Part shown: positions 1-9,611 of the stretch, in pieces
Layout of the letters: every line of letters starts with the position of its first letter
Numbering within the stretch: the stretch's first letter is position 1
NCBI GenBank assembly: GCA_964612665.1
Contig: CAZTCI010000008.1
Location: 1,083 to 65,082 of the forward strand
DNA length: 64,000 nucleotides
Reading direction: 5' to 3'
DNA from: an uncultured Planctomycetales bacterium
GTDB lineage: Bacteria; Omnitrophota; Gorgyraeia; Zapsychrales; JAHFFX01
The notes under the pieces: generated by a model
The model's input: only the letters and a program-made list of their open reading frames with translations
What the model was told of the DNA's origin: nothing
Databases searched by the model: none
Program-made: the position numbers and the translations under genes

Positions 1-3000
1 ATCACGATTTTAGATAACGGGAATATCGGAATCGGATCGACGCTGCCGCAGCAGGCGTTGGATTTAGGCACAAACAAGATTATTGCGGATGGATCGTTAT
101 TAACAAGTTTGCCTACAGGCGGTTGGACGGACGGTGGGACGAATGTGAATGTGACAACGAACACGGATAACGTGGCGATCGGGACAACAAGTTTTGCGTC
201 GAATGCCAAATTAACAGTGCAAGGGAACGGGACATCGACAAATATCATGGCACAGTTCCAAGCGTCAGGCGGGACGGCGAAGATAACGATTTTGGATAAT
301 GGCAATGTAGGGATCGGCTCGACGGTGCCAACGTCGTTGTTGGATGTGACGAATGGCGTTGTCAAGATCTGGACAGGAGCAGGAACAGATAACAATGCGA
401 CATCCGCCGGGGAATTATACGTCGAAGGAGATTTAGAAGTGGATGGATCGATTTATGGAAACGGAGCGAATATTACAGGTATCAGTGCGGGCGGTTGGAC
501 AGACGGTGGGACGAATGTAAGTTTGACGACGAACGGAGATAATGTCGCGATAGGGACGACAAGTTTTGCGTCGAGTGCGAAGTTGACGGTGGCGGGGAAT
601 GGATCTTCGACGAACATCATGGCGCAGTTCCAGGCGTCGGGTGGAACGGCGAAGGTGACAATTTTAGATAACGGGAATGTGGGAATAGGGACGACGAATT
701 TAGGAGGAATGTTCACGATTCAAGGGGCAGGAACGACGACGGGACTTAACTTTCAGACGAAGAATTCTTCAGCGACAGCGTTGGTAACGATGCAGGACAG
801 CGGTAATGTAGGGTTAGGGTCATCGGTTCCGACGGGAAAATTGATTGTGCAGGGCGCAGGGTCTTCAACGGGAATCACGTTGCAGACGCAGAATTCCTCA
901 GCGACGGCGTTAATGACGGCGCTTGATAACGGAAACGTCGGTATTGGTTCCACGGTACCGGCGCAGCTGTTGGACATTGGAGGATCTGCGGGAAACATGA
1001 CATTCAGCCACGCGACAGGGCCGCACAAAATTACCACAGGAGGAACATCGGACTTGGCATTATTACCGGGAGGCAATGTTGGGATCAATACAACCAGTGT
1101 GGGAGGAAAATTAATTATTCAGGGAACAGGAACATCGACGGCGATCAACTTTCAGACAAAAGATTCAAGCGCGACAGCGCTGGTGACGGGATTAGATAAT
1201 GGCAATGTTGGAATAGGCTCGACGGTACCGGCAGCAAAATTGGATGTCAACGGCAGTATCCAATCTTCAGGATCGTCGGATTCTTATTTTAATAGCAGCG
1301 GCGGAAACGTAGGGATCGGTTCAACTGTACCGGCACAGAAGTTGGATGTGAATGGAACGGTACAGATGACCGGGTTTAAATTAACAACGTCCCCGACGAA
1401 CGCATACGTGTTGACTTCCGACAGCAATGGTGTCGGGACTTGGGCCTCTGCCGTCTCGGCGAATGGTTGGACGGACGGCGGAACAAATATAACCGTGACA
1501 GCCAACGGCGATAATGTGGCGATGGGAACAACATTATTTGCGTCGAATGCGAAGTTGACGGTAATGGGTAACGGTTCATCGACGAATATCATGGCGCAGT
1601 TTCAGGCGAATGGCGGGACGGCAAAAGTGACAATTCTCGATAACGGCAATATTGGGATCGGCTCAACCCTACCTCAGCAGGTGTTGGATTTGGGGGCGGG
1701 AAAAATTATCGGGGACGGTTCGTTGTTAACAAGTCTTCCAAATCAAGGCTGGTCCGACGGCGGGACAAATGTGTTCCTGGCGACGAACGGCGATAACGTG
1801 GCGATTGGAACGACAAGCTTTGCATCGAATGCGAAACTGACCGTGCAGGGCAACGGAACTTCAACCAACATCATGTCGCAGTTCCGCGATTCTTCGGCGA
1901 GCGCCAAGATGACAATACTTGATAATGGTAATGTCGGGATTGGAAGTACCAATCCAGGAAATCTCCTCGATATTTCAACAACATCCAATATATCTGAGCT
2001 TGGAATTTCTCAGCTTGACGGAGGATCTGGAAGCCAGCCGATCGTTATATTCTTAGGAGACGATACAACCGATACAGCGTTTCAGATCAGTTTAAGTGCT
2101 GACACTGTTAAACGCTATAGTATCCTGACTACCGGCGAAATGTCATGGGGGACAGGGAGCGCGACGAGAGATACCCGATTGTACCGTTCCGCGGCAAACA
2201 CTTTCATCATGGATGATAATGCCGCAGGCGCAGAGACTTTGACGGTAACAGGTTCTGCTAATTTCGCCACCGTCTCGGGAAATGTGGGGATCGGCACAAC
2301 TAATTTGACGGGACGATTGACAGTTCAAGGGACAGGAACAACTACGACGCCTAATTTTCAGACGAAAAATTCTAGTGCGACAGCTTTAGTTACGATGCAG
2401 GACAGCGGGAATGTTGGGATCAGTTCATCGGCGCCTCAAGGGAAATTGATAGTCCAAGGCGCGGGAACGTCGACGGGGATTACATTGCAGACGCAGAATT
2501 CTTCAGCGACGGCGCTGGTAACAGGGTTAGATAATGGGAACGTTGGCATCGGCTCGACGGTGCCGGCACAGGCCTTGGATGTGAATGGCGAAATCCGTGT
2601 CGTGACGCTTGCGGCCGCCGCGGCGACGACAGTTTGCCGGGACGCCAGCAATAATCTTTCAACTTGTTCTTCATCGAGGGAATTCAAAGATAATATCGCG
2701 TATCTGAGCGACGAACAAACGGCCGATATTTTAAACCAGATTAGAAATTCAAAGATGGCTTCATTTTATTTTAAGACTGATCATCCGGAGATGAAACGTT
2801 ATGGGATCATTGCGGAAGAAGCGCCGGAACCGCTGAGGTATATCGATGAGCATGGCCATCAGAACTTGGATTTCTACTCGGCCCAGCTGGGTTATAGCTG
2901 GGCGGGAATTCAAGCTTTAATCCATCGGGTAGAGGCGCTTGAATCGATTATTTATTTAAATCATAAAAGAAATTCAACTATTTATGACAACGGGGATTCG

Positions 3001-3285
3001 GGACCGGCATTGACGATCAACTGGAATAATAGCAGGAATCAGAAAGTCAGACTGACGGACAATTGTACATTGACTTTCGCGGCTCCCGACGGCACTGACC
3101 GGCTGCTTTTGCAACTAGTGCAGGATTCAACTGGCTCGCGAACAGTGAGTTGGCCAGATACGGTCAAATGGCCTGGCGGCAATATTCCTAGATTGGCGGC
3201 GACTTCCACGACGGGCATAAACATTATCAGCTGTTTTTACAATGGAATTGATTATTTGTGTACAGATTCCTTGGATTTAAAATGA
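1..3285 (+). CDS. Giant secreted fibre-like repeat protein, 5'-truncated by the window edge (paralog 1). C-terminal intramolecular-chaperone (peptidase S74-like) domain.
   Basis: The reading frame is open from nt 1 (ITILDNGNIGIGSTLPQQALD matches internal repeats of paralog 2). It contains ~75-aa Gly/Asn/Thr-rich repeats (GDNVAIGTTSFASNAKLTV.GNGSSTNIM, DNGNVGIGSTVP..LD). The C-terminus (SSSREFKDNIAYLSDEQTADILNQI..KRYGIIAEEAPEPLRY..) matches the S-x-R-x-x-K..NI / GvIAqEv pattern of endosialidase and T5 L-shaped tail-fibre C-terminal chaperone domains. The stop codon overlaps the paralog 2 start (ATGA). Confidence 0.75.
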   Translation: MTILDNGNIGIGSTLPQQALDLGTNKIIADGSLLTSLPTGGWTDGGTNVNVTTNTDNVAIGTTSFASNAKLTVQGNGTSTNIMAQFQASGGTAKITILDNGNVGIGSTVPTSLLDVTNGVVKIWTGAGTDNNATSAGELYVEGDLEVDGSIYGNGANITGISAGGWTDGGTNVSLTTNGDNVAIGTTSFASSAKLTVAGNGSSTNIMAQFQASGGTAKVTILDNGNVGIGTTNLGGMFTIQGAGTTTGLNFQTKNSSATALVTMQDSGNVGLGSSVPTGKLIVQGAGSSTGITLQTQNSSATALMTALDNGNVGIGSTVPAQLLDIGGSAGNMTFSHATGPHKITTGGTSDLALLPGGNVGINTTSVGGKLIIQGTGTSTAINFQTKDSSATALVTGLDNGNVGIGSTVPAAKLDVNGSIQSSGSSDSYFNSSGGNVGIGSTVPAQKLDVNGTVQMTGFKLTTSPTNAYVLTSDSNGVGTWASAVSANGWTDGGTNITVTANGDNVAMGTTLFASNAKLTVMGNGSSTNIMAQFQANGGTAKVTILDNGNIGIGSTLPQQVLDLGAGKIIGDGSLLTSLPNQGWSDGGTNVFLATNGDNVAIGTTSFASNAKLTVQGNGTSTNIMSQFRDSSASAKMTILDNGNVGIGSTNPGNLLDISTTSNISELGISQLDGGSGSQPIVIFLGDDTTDTAFQISLSADTVKRYSILTTGEMSWGTGSATRDTRLYRSAANTFIMDDNAAGAETLTVTGSANFATVSGNVGIGTTNLTGRLTVQGTGTTTTPNFQTKNSSATALVTMQDSGNVGISSSAPQGKLIVQGAGTSTGITLQTQNSSATALVTGLDNGNVGIGSTVPAQALDVNGEIRVVTLAAAAATTVCRDASNNLSTCSSSREFKDNIAYLSDEQTADILNQIRNSKMASFYFKTDHPEMKRYGIIAEEAPEPLRYIDEHGHQNLDFYSAQLGYSWAGIQALIHRVEALESIIYLNHKRNSTIYDNGDSGPALTINWNNSRNQKVRLTDNCTLTFAAPDGTDRLLLQLVQDSTGSRTVSWPDTVKWPGGNIPRLAATSTTGINIISCFYNGIDYLCTDSLDLK

Positions 3286-6200
3286 TAACGCATTTGAATC
3301 TTAAAAATTTGCACCGTTCGCCAAGACTGAATAAATTTGTTCAGCTGTGGGAATTACTGACTTTTGCATTGCAAAAGTCTAGTACTAGGCCGTTTCTCCC
3401 TAAAAATGATAGAACAACCTTATCTTTGGGAGAGAAAAGGCCAGTAAGGTGGTTTTTTGCAATCGCGATTCTCATCGGATTATTGATGACACCGCGGCTA
3501 GGTTTTGCTGTTTCAGACACGGGATCTGAATCAATTCCTATCGGAACTAATGCCGGGAATAAATTGAATGTTGGTTCAGGAAAGTTTATCCTCGACGGGA
3601 ATACAAGCAACGTTGGAATTGGTTCAACAGTTCCAGCGGCGAAACTGGATGTGAATGGTTCCGTTAAAATTTGGACAGGCGCCGGCACAGATTCGAATGC
3701 CACCTCCGCCGGGGAATTGTATGTGGAAGGAGATTTAGAGGTGGATGGGTCGATTTATGGAAATGGGGCGAATATCAGCATTAGTAGTGGCGGCTGGACA
3801 GACGGCGGGACGAATGTGAATCTGGTAACGAACGGAGATAACGTTGCGATTGGGACAACGGCGTTTGCATCAAACGCAAAATTAACGGTCGCGGGCAACG
3901 GTTCATCGACGGGAATCAATACACAATTTCAAACGAATGCCGGTGCCGCGAAGATCACGATTCTGGATAATGGAAATGTAGGGCTAGGCTCAACGCTGCC
4001 GCAGCAGGTGTTGGACTTGGGATCAGGAAAAATTATTGGTGATGGTTCACTGTTGACAAGCCTGCCGAATCAGGGCTGGACGGACGGCGGGACGAATGTT
4101 TATGCGACGACGAATGGGGATAACGTGGCGATAGGAACGACAGGATTTGCGAGTAATGGAAAATTAACCATTGCGGGTAATGGATCATCGACGGGAATCA
4201 ATACGCAATGGCAGACAAATGTAGGAACACCGATTGTAACAATCTTGGACAATGGAAATATTGGGATAGGATCGACGCTGCCCCAGCAGGCGTTGGATTT
4301 GGGATCAGGAAAAATTATTGGCGATGCGGAATTTTTAACTAATGTGACCTTCGATGGATGGACTGATGGTGGAACAAATGTGTATATGAACTTTATTACA
4401 AACAATGTGGGTATTGGGACGAGTGTTCTTCCAAGTGCAAAGTTGACAATCGCAGGAAATGGATCATCAACGGGGATCAATACGCAGTTTCAGGCGAAGG
4501 GCGCGACAGCGAAGATCACGATTTTGGATAATGGGAATATAGGACTTGGTTCAACGCTGCCGGCGGTATTGTTAGATGTGACGAGTGGTGTTGTGAAGAT
4601 TTGGACAGGAACAGGGACGGACAACAATGCGACGTCAGCTGGCGAACTTTACGTCCAAGGAGATTTGGAAGTTGATGGATCCATATATGGAAATGGGGCG
4701 AACATCAGCAACGTTGACGGCGCAGGGTGGGCGGACGGCGGGACAAATGTTTATATGACGGCCAATGGAGATAACATAGCAATAGGGACAACGTCATTTG
4801 CGTCGAATGCAAAATTAACCGTGCAAGGGAATGGAACATCGACGAACATCATGACACAGTTTCGGGATTCCTCGGCGAATGCGAAGATCACGATTTTGGA
4901 TAATGGGAATGTGGGGATCGGATCAACGCTGCCGGGAACGTTGTTCGATGTAACAAATGGAGTTGTTAAAATTTGGACCGGGGCAGGGACGGATAATAAC
5001 GCGACATCGGCGGGTGAATTGTATGTTGAAGGAGATTTGGAAGTGGATGGATCGATTTATGGAAACGGAGCGAACATTACAAATATCAGTGCCGGCGGTT
5101 GGACAGACGGTGGGACAAATGTGAATTTGTCAACGAATGGAGACAATGTGGCGATCGGAACAACGTTATTTGCGTCGAATGCGAAGTTGACGGTGGCGGG
5201 TAACGGATCATCGACGAATATTATGGCGCAGTTCCAGGCGTCGGGTGGAACGGCGAAGGTGACAATTTTAGATAACGGGAATGTGGGAATAGGGACGACG
5301 AATTTAGGAGGAATGTTCACGATTCAGGGAGCTGGAACAACAACTGGACTTAACTTTCAGACGAAGAATTCTTCGGCAACGGCGTTGGTGACGGCGCAGG
5401 ATAGCGGTAATGTGGGAATAGGGTCATCGGTTCCGACGGGAAAATTGATTGTGCAGGGCGCAGGGTCTTCGACGGGAATCACGTTGCAGACGCAGAATTC
5501 CTCAGCGACGGCGTTAATGACGGCGCTTGATAACGGAAACGTCGGTATTGGTTCCACGGTACCGGCGCAGTTATTAGACATTGGAGGATCAGCAGGGAAC
5601 ATGACGTTCAGCCACGCGACGGGACCGCACAAAATTATCACGGCAGGAACAACGGACTTGGCGTTATCACCGGGAGGGAACGTTGGGATTAATACGACAA
5701 ATGTGACGGGAAAATTAACAATCCAAGGGACAGGAACAACGACGGCGATTAACTTCCAGACAAAAGATTCAAGCGCGACAGCGCTGGTGACGGGATTAGA
5801 TAATGGCAATGTTGGAATAGGTTCGACGGTACCGGCATTTAAATTAGATATAAATGGAGGGATCCAAGCGACCGGTTCATCAGATTCCTATTTAAACAGC
5901 AGCAGTGGAAACGTCGGGATCGGTTCAACGGTTCCGGCCCAGAAGTTGGATGTTAATGGAACAGTGCAGATGACGGGATTTAAATTAACGACATCACCGA
6001 CGAATGGATATGTGTTAGTTTCGGATTCTAACGGTGTTGGAAGTTGGTCAGTCCCCAGTGCTGGCGGCGGCTGGACGGATGGCGGGACAAATGTTTATGT
6101 GACGGCGAACGGCGACAATGTGGCGATAGGGACGACATCGTTTTCAAGTGGGAAACTGACGATTGCCGGCAATGGATCTTCGACGGCAATTAATACGCAA

Positions 6201-9200
6201 TGGCAAACGAATGCAGGCTCAGCGAAGATCACGATTTTAGACAACGGGAATATCGGAATCGGATCGACGCTGCCGCAGCAGGCGTTAGACATGGGGACAA
6301 ATAAGATCATTGCCGACGGATCATTGTTGACGAATCTGAGTGCGGGCGGTTGGATAGACGGCGGGACGAATGTTTATGTGTCAACGAATGGCGATAACGT
6401 GGCGATTGGAACAACATTATTTGCGTCGAACGCGAAATTGACGGTCGCTGGAAATGGATCTTCAACGAATATTATGGCGCAATTTAGAGATTCCTCAGCG
6501 AATGCGAAGATCACGATTTTGGATAACGGGAATGTAGGGATCGGCTCGACGCTGCCTGGAACATTGTTGGATGTGACAAGCGGCGTTGTGAAGATTTGGA
6601 CAGGAGCAGGGACAGATAATAACGCGACATCAGCCGGAGAATTATATGTCGAAGGAGATTTGGAAGTTGATGGGTCGATTTATGGAAATGGGGCGAACAT
6701 TACAAATATCAGTGCCGGCGGATGGACAGACGGCGGAACGAATGTGAACCTGGCGACGAATGGAGATAATGTGGCGATAGGAACGACGTTATTTGCGTCG
6801 AGTGCGAAGTTAACGGTGGCGGGTAACGGATCATCGACGAATATTATGGCGCAGTTCCAGGCGTCGGGTGGGACGGCGAAGGTGACAATTTTAGATAATG
6901 GTAATGTGGGAATAGGGACGACGAATTTGGGAGGAATGTTCACGATTCAAGGGGCAGGAACGACAACAGGGTTGAATTTGCAAACGCGCAATTCCTCGGG
7001 AACCAACTTAATAACGGCGCAAGACAGCGGTAATGTGGGGATCGGATCATCGGTTCCGCAAGGAAAGTTAATTGTGCAGGGAGCAGGGACGACAACGGGG
7101 ATCACGTTGCAGACACAGGATTCATCAGCGGCGGCGTTAGTGACAGGGTTAGATAATGGGAACGTTGGGATAGGCTCGACGGTACCGGCGCAGTTGTTAG
7201 ACATTGGAGGATCAGCAGGGAACATGACGTTCAGCCACGCGACGGGACCGCACAAAATTATCACGGCAGGAACAACGGACTTGGCGTTATCACCGGGAGG
7301 GAACGTTGGGATTAATACGACAAATGTGACGGGAAAATTAACAATCCAAGGGACAGGGACAACGACGGCGATTAACTTCCAGACAAAAGATTCAACCGCC
7401 ACAGCGCTGGTGACGGGATTAGACAATGGGAACGTTGGAATAGGCTCGACGGTGCCTGCCGCAAAATTGGATGTCAACGGCACAATCCAATCGTCGGGCT
7501 CATCAGATTCCTATTTAAACAGTACCGGCGGAAATCTAGGGATCGGTTCAACAACGCCATCACAGAAGTTGGATGTGAATGGAACCGTCCAGATGACCGG
7601 ATTTAAATTGACAACGTCACCAACAAATACATACGTGCTAACTTCCGACAGCAATGGCGTTGGAACTTGGGCAGCGCCGGGTGGAGGAGGATGGTCGGAC
7701 GGCGGAACAAATATATTTGAAATAACCAATAGTGACAATATGGGGATTGGGACATCAATATTAGCTTCTAATGCCAAGTTGACCATCGCTGGTAATGGAA
7801 GCAGCACAAACATCATGACGCAGTTTCGTGATTCTTCAGCGAGTGCCAAGGTGACGTTTTTGGATAACGGCAATATTGGAATTGGGTCAACATTACCGCA
7901 GCAGGTTCTGGATTTGGGATCAGGAAAGATTATTGGTGACGGATCCTTGTTAACTGGCCTCAGTCTCGCTGCCAACGGCTGGACGGACGGCGGGACGAAT
8001 GTGTATGTGACAACGAATGGCGATAACCTGGGTATCGGAACGACCAGCTTTGCAACGAATGCGAAATTGACCGTGCAGGGCAACGGGACTTCAACCAACA
8101 TTATGTCGCAGTTTCGTGATTCTTCGGCGAACGCCAAGGTGACCATTCTTGATAACGGTAACGTAGGGATCGGGAGTTCAAATCCCGGAAGTTTGCTGGA
8201 TATTTCAACAACGGCCAACAATATTGTTTTTCAAGTTTCTCAGCTTGATGGTGGGGCGTCAAGCCAGCCTGCTGTTGTATTGTTAGGAGATGATACAACC
8301 GATACTGCGTTCCAAATAAGTTTAAGTGCAGATACTGTTAAACGTTTTAGTATGCTCACTACCGGTGAAATGTCGTGGGGTTCAGGGAGTGCGACGAGAG
8401 ATACCCGATTGTATCGTTCCGCGACGAGTACGTTCACACTTGATGACAACGCTGGCGGCGCAGGGAACTTGACGGTAACAGGGCCAACAAATTTGGCGAC
8501 CGTTTCTGGAAATGCTGGAATCGGCACAACAAGTTTAAGCGCACGGCTGACCATTCAAGGGACCGGAACCACGACCGCGCCTAATTTTCAGACGAAAAAT
8601 TCTAGCGCGACAGCTTTAGTTACGATGCAGGATAGCGGGAATGTTGGGATTAGCTCATCTGCGCCTCAAGGAAAATTAATTGTGCAGGGCGCAGGAAGTA
8701 CGACGGGGATTACATTGCAGACGCAGAATTCTTCAGGAACAGCATTAGTCACCGCTTTAGACAATGGGAACGTTGGCATCGGCTCGACGGTGCCGGCGCA
8801 GGTCTTGGATGTGAATGGCGAAATCCGCGTCGTGACGCTCGCGGCCGCAGCGGCTACAACTGTTTGCCGTGATGCGAGCAATAATCTTTCGACCTGTTCT
8901 TCATCGCGGGAATTCAAAGACGATATTCAATATCTCGATGAAAAACAAACCACAGATATTTTAGATCAGATTAAAAATTCAAAGATGGCTTCATTTTATT
9001 TTAAGACGGACCATCCTCAGATGAAACGTTACGGGATCATTGCAGAAGAAGCGCCGCAAGCGCTGCGCTATATTGATGAACATGGTCATCCGAATTTAGA
9101 TTTCTACTCGGCTCAGCTAGGTTATACCTGGGAGGGGATTCAAGCTTTGACCCGCTGGATAGAGACACTTGAATCTACTGTTTATTCTAAACAGAAATCG

Positions 9201-9509
9201 AGGCCAGCTATTTATGACAACGGGGATTCGGGATCGGCATTGACGATTAACTGGAAGAATAGAAGGAATCAAAAAGTCAAACTGACGGACAATTGTGCAT
9301 TGACTTTCGCGGCTCCCGACGGGGCTGACAGGCTGCTTTTGCAACTGGTCCAGGACTCGACCGGTTCACGGACAGTGAGTTGGCCACAGACGGTCAAATG
9401 GCCTGGCGGTAATATCCCTAGATTAGCGACGCCGCCAACGACGGGAACAGACATTATCAGCTGTTTTTATGATGGAATTGATTACTTGTGTAGAAATTCT
9501 GGATTTTAG
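3282..9509 (+). CDS. Giant secreted fibre-like repeat protein (paralog 2, ~2075 aa) with C-terminal S74-like intramolecular-chaperone domain.
   Basis: A 6.2-kb ORF. The first ATG (3282) overlaps the paralog 1 stop as ATGA. A signal-peptide-like stretch (FFAIAILIGLLMTPRLGFAVS) is homologous to the paralog 3 N-terminus. The ~570-aa unit is internally duplicated. The C-terminal ~230 aa are nearly identical to paralogs 1 and 3 (SSSREFKDDIQYL..GIIAEEAPQALRY). The exact start is uncertain because a 95-bp repeat element sits at the 5' end. Confidence 0.75.
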   Translation: MITHLNLKNLHRSPRLNKFVQLWELLTFALQKSSTRPFLPKNDRTTLSLGEKRPVRWFFAIAILIGLLMTPRLGFAVSDTGSESIPIGTNAGNKLNVGSGKFILDGNTSNVGIGSTVPAAKLDVNGSVKIWTGAGTDSNATSAGELYVEGDLEVDGSIYGNGANISISSGGWTDGGTNVNLVTNGDNVAIGTTAFASNAKLTVAGNGSSTGINTQFQTNAGAAKITILDNGNVGLGSTLPQQVLDLGSGKIIGDGSLLTSLPNQGWTDGGTNVYATTNGDNVAIGTTGFASNGKLTIAGNGSSTGINTQWQTNVGTPIVTILDNGNIGIGSTLPQQALDLGSGKIIGDAEFLTNVTFDGWTDGGTNVYMNFITNNVGIGTSVLPSAKLTIAGNGSSTGINTQFQAKGATAKITILDNGNIGLGSTLPAVLLDVTSGVVKIWTGTGTDNNATSAGELYVQGDLEVDGSIYGNGANISNVDGAGWADGGTNVYMTANGDNIAIGTTSFASNAKLTVQGNGTSTNIMTQFRDSSANAKITILDNGNVGIGSTLPGTLFDVTNGVVKIWTGAGTDNNATSAGELYVEGDLEVDGSIYGNGANITNISAGGWTDGGTNVNLSTNGDNVAIGTTLFASNAKLTVAGNGSSTNIMAQFQASGGTAKVTILDNGNVGIGTTNLGGMFTIQGAGTTTGLNFQTKNSSATALVTAQDSGNVGIGSSVPTGKLIVQGAGSSTGITLQTQNSSATALMTALDNGNVGIGSTVPAQLLDIGGSAGNMTFSHATGPHKIITAGTTDLALSPGGNVGINTTNVTGKLTIQGTGTTTAINFQTKDSSATALVTGLDNGNVGIGSTVPAFKLDINGGIQATGSSDSYLNSSSGNVGIGSTVPAQKLDVNGTVQMTGFKLTTSPTNGYVLVSDSNGVGSWSVPSAGGGWTDGGTNVYVTANGDNVAIGTTSFSSGKLTIAGNGSSTAINTQWQTNAGSAKITILDNGNIGIGSTLPQQALDMGTNKIIADGSLLTNLSAGGWIDGGTNVYVSTNGDNVAIGTTLFASNAKLTVAGNGSSTNIMAQFRDSSANAKITILDNGNVGIGSTLPGTLLDVTSGVVKIWTGAGTDNNATSAGELYVEGDLEVDGSIYGNGANITNISAGGWTDGGTNVNLATNGDNVAIGTTLFASSAKLTVAGNGSSTNIMAQFQASGGTAKVTILDNGNVGIGTTNLGGMFTIQGAGTTTGLNLQTRNSSGTNLITAQDSGNVGIGSSVPQGKLIVQGAGTTTGITLQTQDSSAAALVTGLDNGNVGIGSTVPAQLLDIGGSAGNMTFSHATGPHKIITAGTTDLALSPGGNVGINTTNVTGKLTIQGTGTTTAINFQTKDSTATALVTGLDNGNVGIGSTVPAAKLDVNGTIQSSGSSDSYLNSTGGNLGIGSTTPSQKLDVNGTVQMTGFKLTTSPTNTYVLTSDSNGVGTWAAPGGGGWSDGGTNIFEITNSDNMGIGTSILASNAKLTIAGNGSSTNIMTQFRDSSASAKVTFLDNGNIGIGSTLPQQVLDLGSGKIIGDGSLLTGLSLAANGWTDGGTNVYVTTNGDNLGIGTTSFATNAKLTVQGNGTSTNIMSQFRDSSANAKVTILDNGNVGIGSSNPGSLLDISTTANNIVFQVSQLDGGASSQPAVVLLGDDTTDTAFQISLSADTVKRFSMLTTGEMSWGSGSATRDTRLYRSATSTFTLDDNAGGAGNLTVTGPTNLATVSGNAGIGTTSLSARLTIQGTGTTTAPNFQTKNSSATALVTMQDSGNVGISSSAPQGKLIVQGAGSTTGITLQTQNSSGTALVTALDNGNVGIGSTVPAQVLDVNGEIRVVTLAAAAATTVCRDASNNLSTCSSSREFKDDIQYLDEKQTTDILDQIKNSKMASFYFKTDHPQMKRYGIIAEEAPQALRYIDEHGHPNLDFYSAQLGYTWEGIQALTRWIETLESTVYSKQKSRPAIYDNGDSGSALTINWKNRRNQKVKLTDNCALTFAAPDGADRLLLQLVQDSTGSRTVSWPQTVKWPGGNIPRLATPPTTGTDIISCFYDGIDYLCRNSGF
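3357..3447 (+). repeat. ~95-bp structured intergenic repeat element, copy 1 (two hairpins: ttttgcattgcaaaa and ggccgtttctccc...gggagagaaaaggcc).
   Basis: Near-identical copies are found at 58697-58788 (+) and 44549-44648 (reverse complement). It contains an internal palindrome and a 13-bp stem flanking a conserved loop (aatgatagaacaaccttatctt). Confidence 0.7.
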
Positions 9510-9611
9510 ATGAAATCAAAAATTTGATCAAAATGATTGTTGCTGACAACAGTGACACGATGGAAAAAGATAATCCGACGGTGTTCGGTCAAACGGACGA
9601 TAAATTGATAT

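Noticed and set aside
3258-3284. GTG at 3258 as the start of fibre paralog 2 (ORF-finder start).
   Set aside because: It lies 24 nt inside paralog 1. The first ATG (3282) forms an ATGA overlap with the paralog 1 stop, a typical coupling arrangement, so 3282 is the more plausible start, although the true N-terminus is uncertain.
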